In this document: piece by piece, positions 1 through 9,974 of the stretch
Layout: each line of letters starts with the position of its first letter
How positions within the stretch are numbered: position 1 is the stretch's first letter
DNA from: a bacterium
GTDB lineage: Bacteria > Zhuqueibacterota > Zhuqueibacteria > Residuimicrobiales > Krinioviventaceae
NCBI GenBank assembly: GCA_963675755.2
Contig: CAXXMD010000002.1
Coordinates: 2,336,001 to 2,400,000 of the forward strand
Reading direction: 5' to 3'
DNA length: 64,000 nucleotides
Position numbers and translations under genes: made by a program
The notes under the pieces: generated by a model
Databases searched by the model: none
Seen by the model: only the letters and a program-made list of their open reading frames with translations
What the model was told of the DNA's origin: nothing

Positions 1-2796
1 GGGCAGGATTTGGGATTGTTGTTCAGTCTTTTCCGCAAATACCACAAACATGGATCCATATGGAGGGAAATACAGGGGCACTGTAGTCAATCCATTTTCA
101 ATACTGTACGAAGCAGGACTGCTCTCTCCGGTATCAGAATCCCATAATTCAGGCAGCTTGCCGTCAACCCGGAACCGGACATGTATGTCCTGCGCCTTGT
201 CGGATTTGTTAAAGAGATAATAAATGTCCACATCATCACATTTACGATGGATCCACGCCAGTTCCATATCCAGAGGTTTGCTGTATTCCACATCTGGAGC
301 TACTTTTAATTGATCCATCACAGACGCAATGGGCAACCCCCAAATCACCCGGCCTTTTTCATAGCGATGCTTGTTGCGGCTGATGCCATCCAGATCTCCC
401 CATATCGCATTTGCAAGGGCTGCTAATTCAGTCTCACTCTGGGGATACCCGCTCAAACCCGGTGTTGTTGTGGGTTTGGGTCCCAGAATGGCGGCACCAT
501 CTTTAACAAGTTGTTCAATCTTTTTTATTACCGGCAGGGTCATTTTATCAGTTTGCGGCAAGACCAGCAAGCGATAGCTTGTTCCATCAGGAAGAACCAA
601 CTTGCCCTCGTCATCAACAGACAAGCGATTGATCAGTGCATCTGCATTGATATAATCATAGTCGTACCCCTCTGGTGAGGATGGCAGCAATCCTGCTCCC
701 CAAATGGGCATACTCGAGGGAGCGCCTTCATTCAACAAATACAGTAAATCCGCTACAGGTTTTCCCTGCTGCAGCATATAGCTGTTGCGGGCCATATAGG
801 TCATCATGGGTTTGGCCAGTTCCGCCCAGGTGATATTGCGATGAATGTGTGCTCCCACCATGGTATTACCGGGAAAAGTATCCAGCGGTTGGTGTGCCGA
901 GGTGTGAAATACCAGCCGGTTGATGCCCTGAGCCATCCAGTAATCGCTAACCCGTTTCAGGGTAAACGGCGATTCATAGCCGCCACCGGTAAAAGCCTCT
1001 GCTGCAACAACGGGTTTTCCATATACATGCGCGGCAGATGTGGCCCCGCGAACATCCTGAAAATACATGGGTGACGGATGAAGGTCCCGCACCCAAAACT
1101 CGCCCATGGGTATGTCCATAAACTTTTTGCACAACAATGCATCTTCCAGGATTTCCAGCGATACGCCCGAGGCCTCTCCATAGGTACCTATACCCCGTTC
1201 ATGCAGATACTCTGAAACAACACCATAATGGTTTTCAGCTACCATATCTGCAAGTGTGCGTCTAAAATCCCATAAAAAGCGGTCACTCTTTTCCGCGCTG
1301 CCAACAACGCGCCCCGCCAGAACAGGCATAAATGGAGTTGGATCGTACCCCCGTCTTTTTTCAAATTCTGCGGTCATATTGTCGGTCCAGTTCTGGCTGC
1401 CGGCCTCCCAGCTGTCCATCATGGTATATTGCAGTGCCTTGCCAAACAGCGGACCCAGTTTATCTTTGATGGGGCCGAAATAATGCTCCAGATACGACAG
1501 GGTATGTTCACGACTGAGCTTGTCCACCTCATACCCCAATCCAGCGGCTGTAGCAGGACGGTTTTTGGCGCCGGTTAATGAATATCCAAATCGCAATATA
1601 GTCCAATTACCATCAGGCACCTGCCAGTCCAGACTTCCATCTGTATTCATTTTAGATGTTAAATCAATTACTCCTTCTGCCGGAATTACCAGTTCATCCG
1701 GAATATCTGGCGTAGGTACAGAATCATATTCAAACAATAGCCGGAATCCTGCCTTTTCCTCCCATCTGTGCACACGCGCCTGCGAATGTAAAACAATTTC
1801 ACTCAGTTCGTACTTTTCCGGAACCGTCGGGTCCGGCTGGTTCATGGTTGCATCAGGATTCAAAGGCGCGCCGGTCATTTCTACACGATAAAATCGTGCT
1901 TTACATTCAGGTACAGCAAACGTCCTGAGCCATCCCTGCCGGTAGAGCTGAGTGCCCGGCAATTCAACCAGCGTTTTAAATACAACGCCATCATTACTTG
2001 CCTGCAGCCGGCCAATGGGTACACCTCTGCTGCCGCGAATAGTAAACGCCCGCACCGTGAACGGCTCATCAAACTCGAATTGAAGCCAGGTGGGTCCGTT
2101 CTGTACTGCGGGTATGCTGATACCGGAATTCAGGTCCCCATCCATTAACGCAGAAGCATCAATCTCGCCGGCATTTGTACTGGTTTTGGGATGCAGTGTT
2201 GCCATTTCTACTCCACCATCGGGAGTGCGAAAAGCCAATACCGCAGCATCACCATAAAAAGTGGGATCCGGATTTTCCGCGCTGCCGCGTCCCAGATTCT
2301 GGATCAACCCGTTATTCGATGGCGGCTGCTCCAGTTTACCGGCAAACTTTTGTGGTCCGCTAATTCGTGTTTCACTCCACACCAGTTTTTTCATGGCCTG
2401 TTCGGGTTTCACCCAGGGACCTCCGGTCAGGCTCCAGCCCGCCGAACTGAAAATCGTCATTTCCAGACCCAATCGCTCCGCTTCTTCAGCAGTATGTTTT
2501 ACAGCGTCATACCATTCCGGGCTTGCAAAATCAATCTTTTTGTCAATTTGCTGGCCATTGCCATAGTTTACATCCGCAAGATGAAATCCACTAATGCCAA
2601 CACGTTTCATCCACTCCAGATCTTTGGTAATACCCGCTTTCGTAATATTACCTTGTGTCCAATGCCACCATGTGCGGGGTTTGGCATCGTCCGGAGGATT
2701 GGTAAAATTCTGTTTTAATTCAGAATAATCCCTGGCCAATCCTGAAACAGAAATGGATATTAAATAAATTATGATGAGGTTCTTGAGATACTTCAC
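1..2796 (-). CDS. GH106 alpha-L-rhamnosidase-like glycoside hydrolase, secreted (3' end runs off window)
   Basis: Absent from the ORF track (no stop in window). Manual translation from GTG at 2796 (RBS GAGGG): MKYLKNLIIIYLISISVSGLARDYSELKQNFTNPPDDAKPRTWWHWTQGNITKAGITKDLEWMKRVGISGF; same frame gives HRNITWAELAKPMMTYMARNSYMLQQGKPVADLLY near 750-840. Both are typical GH106 segments. Confidence 0.85.
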   Translation of the reverse strand, partial: MKYLKNLIIIYLISISVSGLARDYSELKQNFTNPPDDAKPRTWWHWTQGNITKAGITKDLEWMKRVGISGFHLADVNYGNGQQIDKKIDFASPEWYDAVKHTAEEAERLGLEMTIFSSAGWSLTGGPWVKPEQAMKKLVWSETRISGPQKFAGKLEQPPSNNGLIQNLGRGSAENPDPTFYGDAAVLAFRTPDGGVEMATLHPKTSTNAGEIDASALMDGDLNSGISIPAVQNGPTWLQFEFDEPFTVRAFTIRGSRGVPIGRLQASNDGVVFKTLVELPGTQLYRQGWLRTFAVPECKARFYRVEMTGAPLNPDATMNQPDPTVPEKYELSEIVLHSQARVHRWEEKAGFRLLFEYDSVPTPDIPDELVIPAEGVIDLTSKMNTDGSLDWQVPDGNWTILRFGYSLTGAKNRPATAAGLGYEVDKLSREHTLSYLEHYFGPIKDKLGPLFGKALQYTMMDSWEAGSQNWTDNMTAEFEKRRGYDPTPFMPVLAGRVVGSAEKSDRFLWDFRRTLADMVAENHYGVVSEYLHERGIGTYGEASGVSLEILEDALLCKKFMDIPMGEFWVRDLHPSPMYFQDVRGATSAAHVYGKPVVAAEAFTGGGYESPFTLKRVSDYWMAQGINRLVFHTSAHQPLDTFPGNTMVGAHIHRNITWAELAKPMMTYMARNSYMLQQGKPVADLLYLLNEGAPSSMPIWGAGLLPSSPEGYDYDYINADALINRLSVDDEGKLVLPDGTSYRLLVLPQTDKMTLPVIKKIEQLVKDGAAILGPKPTTTPGLSGYPQSETELAALANAIWGDLDGISRNKHRYEKGRVIWGLPIASVMDQLKVAPDVEYSKPLDMELAWIHRKCDDVDIYYLFNKSDKAQDIHVRFRVDGKLPELWDSDTGESSPASYSIENGLTTVPLYFPPYGSMFVVFAEKTEQQSQILP

Positions 2797-2977
2797 AGCA
2801 GTCCCTCTCTGAATATTGTGATTTAGTATGATATAAAAGAAATGTTATCTGAAAATAAAAAACACGAATCACAAGTACAATTCATTTTTTCAAAAAATAC
2901 AGGTAAAAACAATCAACATTATAAATAATAAATGAAATATCACTATTCTGCAAACATGTTTTATATATAAATTTAAA

Positions 2978-3006
2978 TTGCTTAAATACTATTAATATCT
3001 TATATT
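2978..3006 (+). promoter_or_regulatory. sigma70-type promoter of the GNAT-C39/RimK pair
   Basis: TTGCTT-17 nt-TATATT ending 24 nt before the ATG at 3031. Confidence 0.55.
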
Positions 3007-3030
3007 CATCGTTTTTTATGGATAGTATGA

Positions 3031-4149
3031 ATGATTGAACAAGCGGACATTAAAGACCTTGATGAGTTGACCCGTATTGAGAAACGCTCATTCGAGTCTG
3101 ATCAGCTTTCACGCCGTAACCTGCGCTATTTATTATCAAAAGCCAATGCCACTACACTGGTTGACAGGGAGAATACTGTCATACGCGGATATGCCATGGT
3201 ATTATACAATACCGGCACATCGTTGGCCCGGTTATATTCTCTGGTAGTCGACACTCCCTATCGCGGATTAGGAGTGGGTTCTGCCCTTCTCAAAGCTGCT
3301 GAACAGGATACATTTGAAAACGAATGTGTTACTTTGCGTCTCGAAGTCCGCAAGGACAATAAAACGGCTATCCATCTTTATGAGAAACATGGCTACAAAC
3401 TGTTCGATGAAGTGCCGGACTATTATCAGGACCATACATCAGCCTTGCGTTATGAAAAGAATCTTGCCCCACACATAGAACCGGATATCGTCCATGTCCC
3501 CTATTATCAGCAAACCTGTGATTTTACATGCGGTCCATCATCGTTAATGATGGCCATGAACACCCTGGATCCGGACCTCGGTTTTAATCGCAAAACCGAA
3601 CTGCTCATCTGGAAAGAATCCACAACGATATACATGACCTCCGGACACGGAGGCTGCAGCCCATATGGACTTGCATTATCAGCCTATGAACGCGGATTTG
3701 ATGTGGAACTCTATGTAAACCATCTCGAAGCACTGTTTCTCGATTCAGTTCGCAGTCCTGAAAAAAAAGAGGTCATGCGCATTGTTCAGGAAGACCAGAT
3801 TAACGAAATTCATAAACGTCAAATCCACATGGAACACAATATTCTAAGCGTTGACCAGATACAAAATATTTTCCAAAAAGGTCATGTGCCCATTGTATTG
3901 ATCAGTTCTTATCGTATTTACCACGAAAAATCACCGCACTGGGTAGTGGTAACCGGTTTTGATGAACGTTTTATCTATGTTCATGATTCATTTGTAGATT
4001 CACACAATGCCAAATCCGCATCAGATTGCATCAATATGCCAATCCTGAAAAAAGATTTTGAACGCATGTCAAAATATGGTAAATCCGGTCAAAAAGCGGT
4101 GCTCATAATTAAAAACCGCGATTTTAATCAAAATAATCAAGAGAGGTAA
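3031..4149 (+). CDS. GNAT (RimI-like) acetyltransferase fused to peptidase C39-like (DUF3335-type) domain
   Basis: N-terminal YRGLGVGSALL acetyl-CoA motif and LRLEVRKDNKTAIHLYEKHGY; C-terminal YYQQTCDFTCGP...PHWVVVTG...HD Cys-His-Asp. Confidence 0.88.
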   Translation: MIEQADIKDLDELTRIEKRSFESDQLSRRNLRYLLSKANATTLVDRENTVIRGYAMVLYNTGTSLARLYSLVVDTPYRGLGVGSALLKAAEQDTFENECVTLRLEVRKDNKTAIHLYEKHGYKLFDEVPDYYQDHTSALRYEKNLAPHIEPDIVHVPYYQQTCDFTCGPSSLMMAMNTLDPDLGFNRKTELLIWKESTTIYMTSGHGGCSPYGLALSAYERGFDVELYVNHLEALFLDSVRSPEKKEVMRIVQEDQINEIHKRQIHMEHNILSVDQIQNIFQKGHVPIVLISSYRIYHEKSPHWVVVTGFDERFIYVHDSFVDSHNAKSASDCINMPILKKDFERMSKYGKSGQKAVLIIKNRDFNQNNQER

Positions 4150-4158
4150 TAAACAGGA

Positions 4159-5670
4159 ATGTCTTCCCAGTTAGTAATTGTAGAACAGCGGAGCGATTGG
4201 AAACCCAATTATCCCGATATTGAGGTTGTTACAGCAGGAGAATATATTAGCGATCCCAAATACGCAAAGCTAAAAAACCTGCGCATATTCAACCTTTGCC
4301 GAAACTATCGCTACCTCAGCCTGGGGTATTACTGTTCTCTGTTGGCAGAAGCCCGTCAACATAAAATATTACCCACGGTCAAAACCATAACAGACCTGAG
4401 CAGCAAATCCATATACAGTTTAAACATTGAAGACCTGCATAACATTATTCAAAAAAGTCTGAAAAGTAAAAGCACTCTTGACCAGAACGCCTTTACGCTG
4501 TTTATTTATTTTGGTCAGTGCGATGACCCCGATTTTTCTGAACTTGCCCGGCAGTTGTTCGATATTTATCCCAGCCCGGCATTACGTGTGGAATTTAAAC
4601 TACAAGCGGACTGGCAAATCTCTGCAATCCGGTCCGGACATTTTACAAACTGGCCGGAAGAGCAGGTAACGCAATTTATTCAGGCCTTTAATGCCTATTC
4701 TACCAAGCGCTGGCTCAGACCCAAAGAAACGAAACATCAACGTTATGATCTGGCTATACTGGTCAACCCGGAAGAAACATTACCTCCGTCCAATAAACGC
4801 GCTCTGAAAAAATTCGAAAAAATTGGTAAAGAGCTGGGCCTGGCAGTGGACTTTATTACCAAAAAAGATTTTTCTCGTCTTGCGGAATATGACGCATTGT
4901 TTATCCGTGAAACCACCCAGATTGATCACCATACATTTCGATTTGCAAGACGCGCGGAAAGCGAAGGACTTGTTGTTATTGATGATCCCACATCCATTGT
5001 CAAATGCACAAATAAAATTTTTCTATTCGAACAATTGACAGCACAAAAGATCCCCATACCGGTTACCCGATTGCTAAAAAAAGAAGATCCCAAAGATATT
5101 ACTGCATTGGAAAAGGCCATCCCCTATCCCATTGTTCTGAAAATGCCGCAAAGTTCTTTTTCACGAGGGGTGCACAAGGTCAAAGATCATGATGAATTGA
5201 TACAAATGACCACACAATTGTTTACCGAATCAGATATTCTACTAGCACAGGAATACATGTATACTGAATACGACTGGCGCATCGGCGTTCTCAATGGAGA
5301 ACCTTTATATGCATGTCAGTATTTTATGTCCCGCCACCACTGGCAGATTGTAAAACACACCAAATCCGGTAAATTCAGTACAGGGCAATATAAAACCTGG
5401 CCAATTGACCAGGTAGACCCCAGAATTATTGAAACCGCGTTACAATCCACACAACATATAGGAAACGGCTTGTATGGCGTGGATTTAAAATTTATAAACA
5501 ACACGGTCAAAGTCATTGAAGTGAATGACAATCCCAATTTAGATGCCGGTGTAGAGGATGCATTTTTAAAAAACGAGTTGTACTATAAAATTCTGGGAGA
5601 ATTTACAAGAAGACTCGACAATAACAAATCCGGTAATGGCAACGGCTGGAATCCAGGTAACCAGGCTTGA
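4159..5670 (+). CDS. RimK-family ATP-grasp ligase with N-terminal RLAN domain
   Basis: NLCRNYRYLSLGYYCSLLAEARQH (RLAN); SSFSRGV, DWRIGVL, GLYGVDLK, IEVNDNPN ATP-grasp motifs. Confidence 0.88.
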   Translation: MSSQLVIVEQRSDWKPNYPDIEVVTAGEYISDPKYAKLKNLRIFNLCRNYRYLSLGYYCSLLAEARQHKILPTVKTITDLSSKSIYSLNIEDLHNIIQKSLKSKSTLDQNAFTLFIYFGQCDDPDFSELARQLFDIYPSPALRVEFKLQADWQISAIRSGHFTNWPEEQVTQFIQAFNAYSTKRWLRPKETKHQRYDLAILVNPEETLPPSNKRALKKFEKIGKELGLAVDFITKKDFSRLAEYDALFIRETTQIDHHTFRFARRAESEGLVVIDDPTSIVKCTNKIFLFEQLTAQKIPIPVTRLLKKEDPKDITALEKAIPYPIVLKMPQSSFSRGVHKVKDHDELIQMTTQLFTESDILLAQEYMYTEYDWRIGVLNGEPLYACQYFMSRHHWQIVKHTKSGKFSTGQYKTWPIDQVDPRIIETALQSTQHIGNGLYGVDLKFINNTVKVIEVNDNPNLDAGVEDAFLKNELYYKILGEFTRRLDNNKSGNGNGWNPGNQA

Positions 5671-5689
5671 AAAATTATAAGGAAAAGCA

Positions 5690-5723
5690 TTGAATAAAAA
5701 ATAATTTGTTATTATAATAACAA
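5690..5723 (+). promoter_or_regulatory. sigma70 promoter with its -10 inside a perfect 18-bp palindrome
   Basis: TTGAAT(5690)-17-TATAAT(5713); palindrome TTGTTATTATAATAACAA 5706-5723. Confidence 0.55.
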
Positions 5724-5919
5724 TCTGAAAATTCGACACATCGTAAACAAGTTATGATGGATTAATGTGTTACAAATGCAATAATTTACCGTATATAGCT
5801 GGGAACTCTAATATTTACAAAGAACACGGCAACGTTTGGCTGAATCCCATGAAATAATATTCCCTGGTATTGTGTTGATTTAACAACCCGGAAATAAATA
5901 ATAGCAAAACAGGTACCGC

Positions 5920-6792
5920 ATGTCAAAGGAATCACATAAACTCACATTACTCTCTGGCTGGATATCGATAATTGGTAACATTCTTTTATTCATAGTCAAA
6001 CTGTGGGCAGGTTTGGTAACCGGCTCTGTAGCCCTTATTGCTGATGCGTGGCATACGCTTTCAGATTCTGCATCTTCTCTGGTTGTAATAATCAGCGCCA
6101 ATTTCTCCATAAAACCCGCAGACAAGGAACATCCCTTTGGTCATGGTAGAATTGAATTAATCTCGTCCATTATTATAGGCGTTATGCTGGCATTTGTTGC
6201 CTTTGATTTTTTCATTCAAGCCATAGATAAATTAAGACACCGCGAAACGGTTGTATTTGGCACTTTTGCCATTGTAGCGACGGTTTTGTCCATTATTGTC
6301 AAAGAAGCCATGGCGCAATATGCTATCTGGGCTTCAAAAAAAGTAGATTCCCCCATGCTTCGCGCAGATGCCTGGCACCACCGTTCAGATGCCCTTTCTT
6401 CAGTTATTATTCTAATAGGTATCTTTCTGGCCCCCTTCTGGTGGTGGATTGATGGTGTTCTGGGTATTGTTGTATCCCTTTTCATCATACATACTACCAT
6501 TACATTATTCAAAGAGAATATCAACCCCCTGTTAGGTGAGGAACCTGACAAAGCCATGATAAATTCAATCCACCAGATTTGTGATGACCAGTTTGAACAG
6601 CATGTAAACGCACACCACTTTCACCTGCATCGTTACGGCAGGCACAAAGAACTGACATTTCACATCAGATTGCCGGGAAATATGGATCTGCAAAACGCTC
6701 ATAAAATTGCCTCAACCATTGAACGTTCCGTAGAAAAGAATCTAAATGTCATTGCAACCATACACATGGAACCCATGGAATCAAAAAAATGA
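5920..6792 (+). CDS. Cation diffusion facilitator (FieF-like) transporter
   Basis: SVALIADAWHTLSD, HPFGHGRIE, DAWHHRSD motifs; multiple TM helices; C-terminal IHMEP. Confidence 0.9.
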   Translation: MSKESHKLTLLSGWISIIGNILLFIVKLWAGLVTGSVALIADAWHTLSDSASSLVVIISANFSIKPADKEHPFGHGRIELISSIIIGVMLAFVAFDFFIQAIDKLRHRETVVFGTFAIVATVLSIIVKEAMAQYAIWASKKVDSPMLRADAWHHRSDALSSVIILIGIFLAPFWWWIDGVLGIVVSLFIIHTTITLFKENINPLLGEEPDKAMINSIHQICDDQFEQHVNAHHFHLHRYGRHKELTFHIRLPGNMDLQNAHKIASTIERSVEKNLNVIATIHMEPMESKK

Positions 6793-7643
6793 TTACAGTA
6801 CAAAATCTGAATTTCACCTACCCGGGTAATAAAACACAAACTTTACATGATTTGAATTTTAAAATCCCCCCGGGTGAAATATTCGGATTTTTAGGGCCAA
6901 GCGGCGCGGGAAAAAGTACAACACAAAAACTACTCATCGGTCTTTTAAAGGGATATTCCGGCACCATTGAGGTCAATGGAACTGATATGAAACATATCAA
7001 ATCCAACTTTTACGAATCCATTGGTGTCATGTTTGAATTTCCAAATCTCTACACCAAATTCAGTGCGATTGAGAATCTGTTATTTTTCAAAAAATTGTAC
7101 AAATCCGCAACAACAGATCCATATGAACTGTTGTCCAAAACCGGACTGGAAAAAGATGCCAATACTCGCGTTGCAGAATTCTCCAAAGGTATGAAAGTAC
7201 GTTTAAACTTTTGCCGCGCCTTGCTCAACACACCCAAACTCTTATTTCTGGATGAACCTACATCCGGGCTTGATCCAACCAACACCCGCAACATGATCAA
7301 TCTCATCCGCGAGCTTGCTGACAATGGCACAACTGTCATTCTCTCTACCCATAACATGCATGTTGCCGATGTGCTTTGTCACCGGGTAGCCTTTATTGTT
7401 GATGGCAAATTGCCGCTGATCAATTCGCCCCGCGAACTGAAACTTGAACACGGCAAACGCCTGTTAACGGTTGAATTCCGCCAGAATAATCATTTGTTAA
7501 AACAAAACTTTCAGCTTGATGGTTTGGCAGAAAACCCTGAATTCCATACACTGCTTCAGGAAAAACATGTGGAAACCATGCACACACAGGAAGCCACGCT
7601 TGAAGACATTTTCATCAAGACCACCGGCAGGGCACTGCAATGA
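6789..7643 (+). CDS. ABC exporter ATP-binding protein
   Basis: Walker A GPSGAGKST, FSKGM signature, LFLDEPTSGLD; ATGA overlap with CDF stop. Confidence 0.92.
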   Translation: MITVQNLNFTYPGNKTQTLHDLNFKIPPGEIFGFLGPSGAGKSTTQKLLIGLLKGYSGTIEVNGTDMKHIKSNFYESIGVMFEFPNLYTKFSAIENLLFFKKLYKSATTDPYELLSKTGLEKDANTRVAEFSKGMKVRLNFCRALLNTPKLLFLDEPTSGLDPTNTRNMINLIRELADNGTTVILSTHNMHVADVLCHRVAFIVDGKLPLINSPRELKLEHGKRLLTVEFRQNNHLLKQNFQLDGLAENPEFHTLLQEKHVETMHTQEATLEDIFIKTTGRALQ

Positions 7644-8341
7644 GACTCCTGGCAGCGTTCAAGCATGATGTGGTCTTTCAATTCCGACATGGATTTTATT
7701 ACGCGTATCTGGTACTGACAATCATCTATATTCTTGCATTAATGCCGCTCAAAGGTTTATTGCAGCATACCATTACAACCCTTGTCCTCATTACCGATGT
7801 CGGTATGATTGGGTTCTTTTTCGTAGGAGCCATCGTCATTTTGGAAAAAGGACAAAACCTGCTGGAATCTGTATTTGTTACGCCGCTAAGATTAAACGAA
7901 TATCTGCTTTCCAAAGTAGCCTCACTTGCACTATTGGCCTTGCTTTCCGCGCTTGTCATTGCTTCGAGTGTTTATGGGTTTTCAGTTTTTTTCTTGTTGT
8001 TTATACCGGGTATGGTACTGGGAACTGCTTTTTATACATTGTTCGGTATTTGGGTGGCAATTCGCTCCAAAAACGTGAACGATTATTTTGCAAAAGCATT
8101 GGGATTGGGACTATTTCTCTCCCTACCCCTAATAGATTACCTGAACATATTGAAAAGTTCGCTGTTCCATCTGTTCCCTGCAAATGCCATGCTGGTATTT
8201 TTCGATTCCCTGTACAATCCCCAGCCGCTTTCTGATATTTTAATCGCTTTTGTCACATTAAGCATATGGACAGCAGGTGCTGCGTTGCTGGTTCAACGGG
8301 ATTTTAAAAAGTACATTATCCTCCAAATGGGGGTTAAATGA
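7640..8341 (+). CDS. ABC-2 type permease (fluoroquinolone-export Rv2686c/2687c-like)
   Basis: Hydrophobic, GFFFVGAIVILEK...VTPL...YLLSK motif; coupled to ATPase. Confidence 0.75.
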   Translation: MRLLAAFKHDVVFQFRHGFYYAYLVLTIIYILALMPLKGLLQHTITTLVLITDVGMIGFFFVGAIVILEKGQNLLESVFVTPLRLNEYLLSKVASLALLALLSALVIASSVYGFSVFFLLFIPGMVLGTAFYTLFGIWVAIRSKNVNDYFAKALGLGLFLSLPLIDYLNILKSSLFHLFPANAMLVFFDSLYNPQPLSDILIAFVTLSIWTAGAALLVQRDFKKYIILQMGVK

Positions 8342-9066
8342 TCAAACAAACACTTGCATTTTCATTTACTGATATGAAAAACATTCTCAGGGACTCTACC
8401 CTGTTGTTAATGGCATTCGGCACATTGGGTATTTTGTTAATCTTACGTCTCGGCGTACCCACGCTTGGCGCGTTTCTCTTTCAACAATATAATTTCAAGC
8501 TTGATGCTTATTACCCTTACATTGTCTGTTTTATGGGATTCGTTCCGCCTCTTTTGTTTGGTATGATCAGCGGATTCATTATTCTTGAAGAACGGGATCA
8601 AGAGATCATTACCTTCATAAGCGTTACTCCCCTGGGTAGAACCGGCTATATCGCTTACAAGTTGTTATTTGCCATGCTGACCGGTTTTATATTTTATTAT
8701 CTGATCATCTATTCTACAGGCTTGTTGACTCTGCCCTTAATACAAACCACCGCACTGGCTGCAGGCGCCATGTTTATTGCACCTGTCACTGCTTTAATTC
8801 TGGCTGCTTTTGCAGAAAATAAAGTTCAGGGACTGGCACTGGCAAAAATAACAGGAATCCAGTTACTGGCCCCCCTTGCTGTTTTTTTTGTACCCGGTCA
8901 CTGGCAATATATTGCAGCAATGTTTCCCACCTTTTGGCTGACAAAAGCCTTTTTAGCGGCAATATCACATCAGCATTCTTTTGCAATATTAATCCTAATA
9001 GGATATTTGCTTTATTTGATTTTCTTGATTATATTTATGAAATGTTTTACTTCCAGACAGCGTTAA
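8338..9066 (+). CDS. ABC-2 type permease, second subunit
   Basis: Hydrophobic, ILEERDQ...VTPL...YK and ENKVQGLALAK motifs; ATGA overlap. Confidence 0.75.
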   Translation: MIKQTLAFSFTDMKNILRDSTLLLMAFGTLGILLILRLGVPTLGAFLFQQYNFKLDAYYPYIVCFMGFVPPLLFGMISGFIILEERDQEIITFISVTPLGRTGYIAYKLLFAMLTGFIFYYLIIYSTGLLTLPLIQTTALAAGAMFIAPVTALILAAFAENKVQGLALAKITGIQLLAPLAVFFVPGHWQYIAAMFPTFWLTKAFLAAISHQHSFAILILIGYLLYLIFLIIFMKCFTSRQR

Positions 9067-9192
9067 GTTAAAAATCACTGTCTATCCCGTCAAAGCTATA
9101 ACCAATTAGATAAAAAATTACAGGAAATGTATGACGCTGCATGATATCATACAATTTTTCACAGAAACCGGAATTTAACAAGGGGAATTTAA

Positions 9193-9876
9193 ATGCCAAA
9201 CCAGCACATGCAGTCAAAAAACAAAAAGTACAGCATGCAGTTTTTTGCATTCCTGATCATTACGCTAACATTGACATCAAGTACCATTTATTTTATCAGG
9301 CATTACACCAAAAACAAGCAGGCAAACTCTACAATGCTGCAATCCATGACCGTATTTGAAGGAAGATTCAAAACCACGGGTACATATACGGACCTGTTCT
9401 CCTGGTTTTTAATTTTCAACCAGATACAAGAGCATTATCACAACTATCAGGGCCGTTATCTGGATATCTCAGAGATAGATAAAGAAAAAATCATTGCCAT
9501 TGATCCATCCAAAGTTGTTAACAACGTAAGACAGACCTTTTGGGATAATAGTGTATTTATGGATAGTTTTGTTCCTCCCGATACCCTCAAAAGCCACCTC
9601 TACACGATTTACGGGAAATATTACGCAGATTTTTTATCACGTCTTGATCCGGAATATTATACAACCGAATTCAAGCTGGATAAAGATAAAAGCAATTATG
9701 AAATTTCTGTTTTCGAAGTCAAAGACATTACACTTGACCAGGATGCTCAGGACAATTGGGTATTCAGCAGCAAAGACAGTCTCTTTTTATTTCATGATCG
9801 AGGTAATAAGTTATCGACCGATGAACGCATTAGTGCCTATACCGATATCATGTTTGAAAACCTGGATAAAAAATAG
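9193..9876 (+). CDS. Hypothetical protein with N-terminal membrane anchor
   Basis: 227-aa ORF, RBS AAGGGGA, hydrophobic stretch FFAFLIITLTLTSSTIYFI. Confidence 0.6.
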   Translation: MPNQHMQSKNKKYSMQFFAFLIITLTLTSSTIYFIRHYTKNKQANSTMLQSMTVFEGRFKTTGTYTDLFSWFLIFNQIQEHYHNYQGRYLDISEIDKEKIIAIDPSKVVNNVRQTFWDNSVFMDSFVPPDTLKSHLYTIYGKYYADFLSRLDPEYYTTEFKLDKDKSNYEISVFEVKDITLDQDAQDNWVFSSKDSLFLFHDRGNKLSTDERISAYTDIMFENLDKK

Positions 9877-9974
9877 TTTTGAACCCTGGTGCGGCATACG
9901 AGTATAACAATCAATATAAAAACGGAACAAACTCTGAAAACAACAAAAAACAATCATAGAGCGGAGTAAAAAAT

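Noticed and set aside
87-2718. Many short ORFs in the track
   Set aside because: All lie antisense or out of frame within the GH106 gene that the track missed
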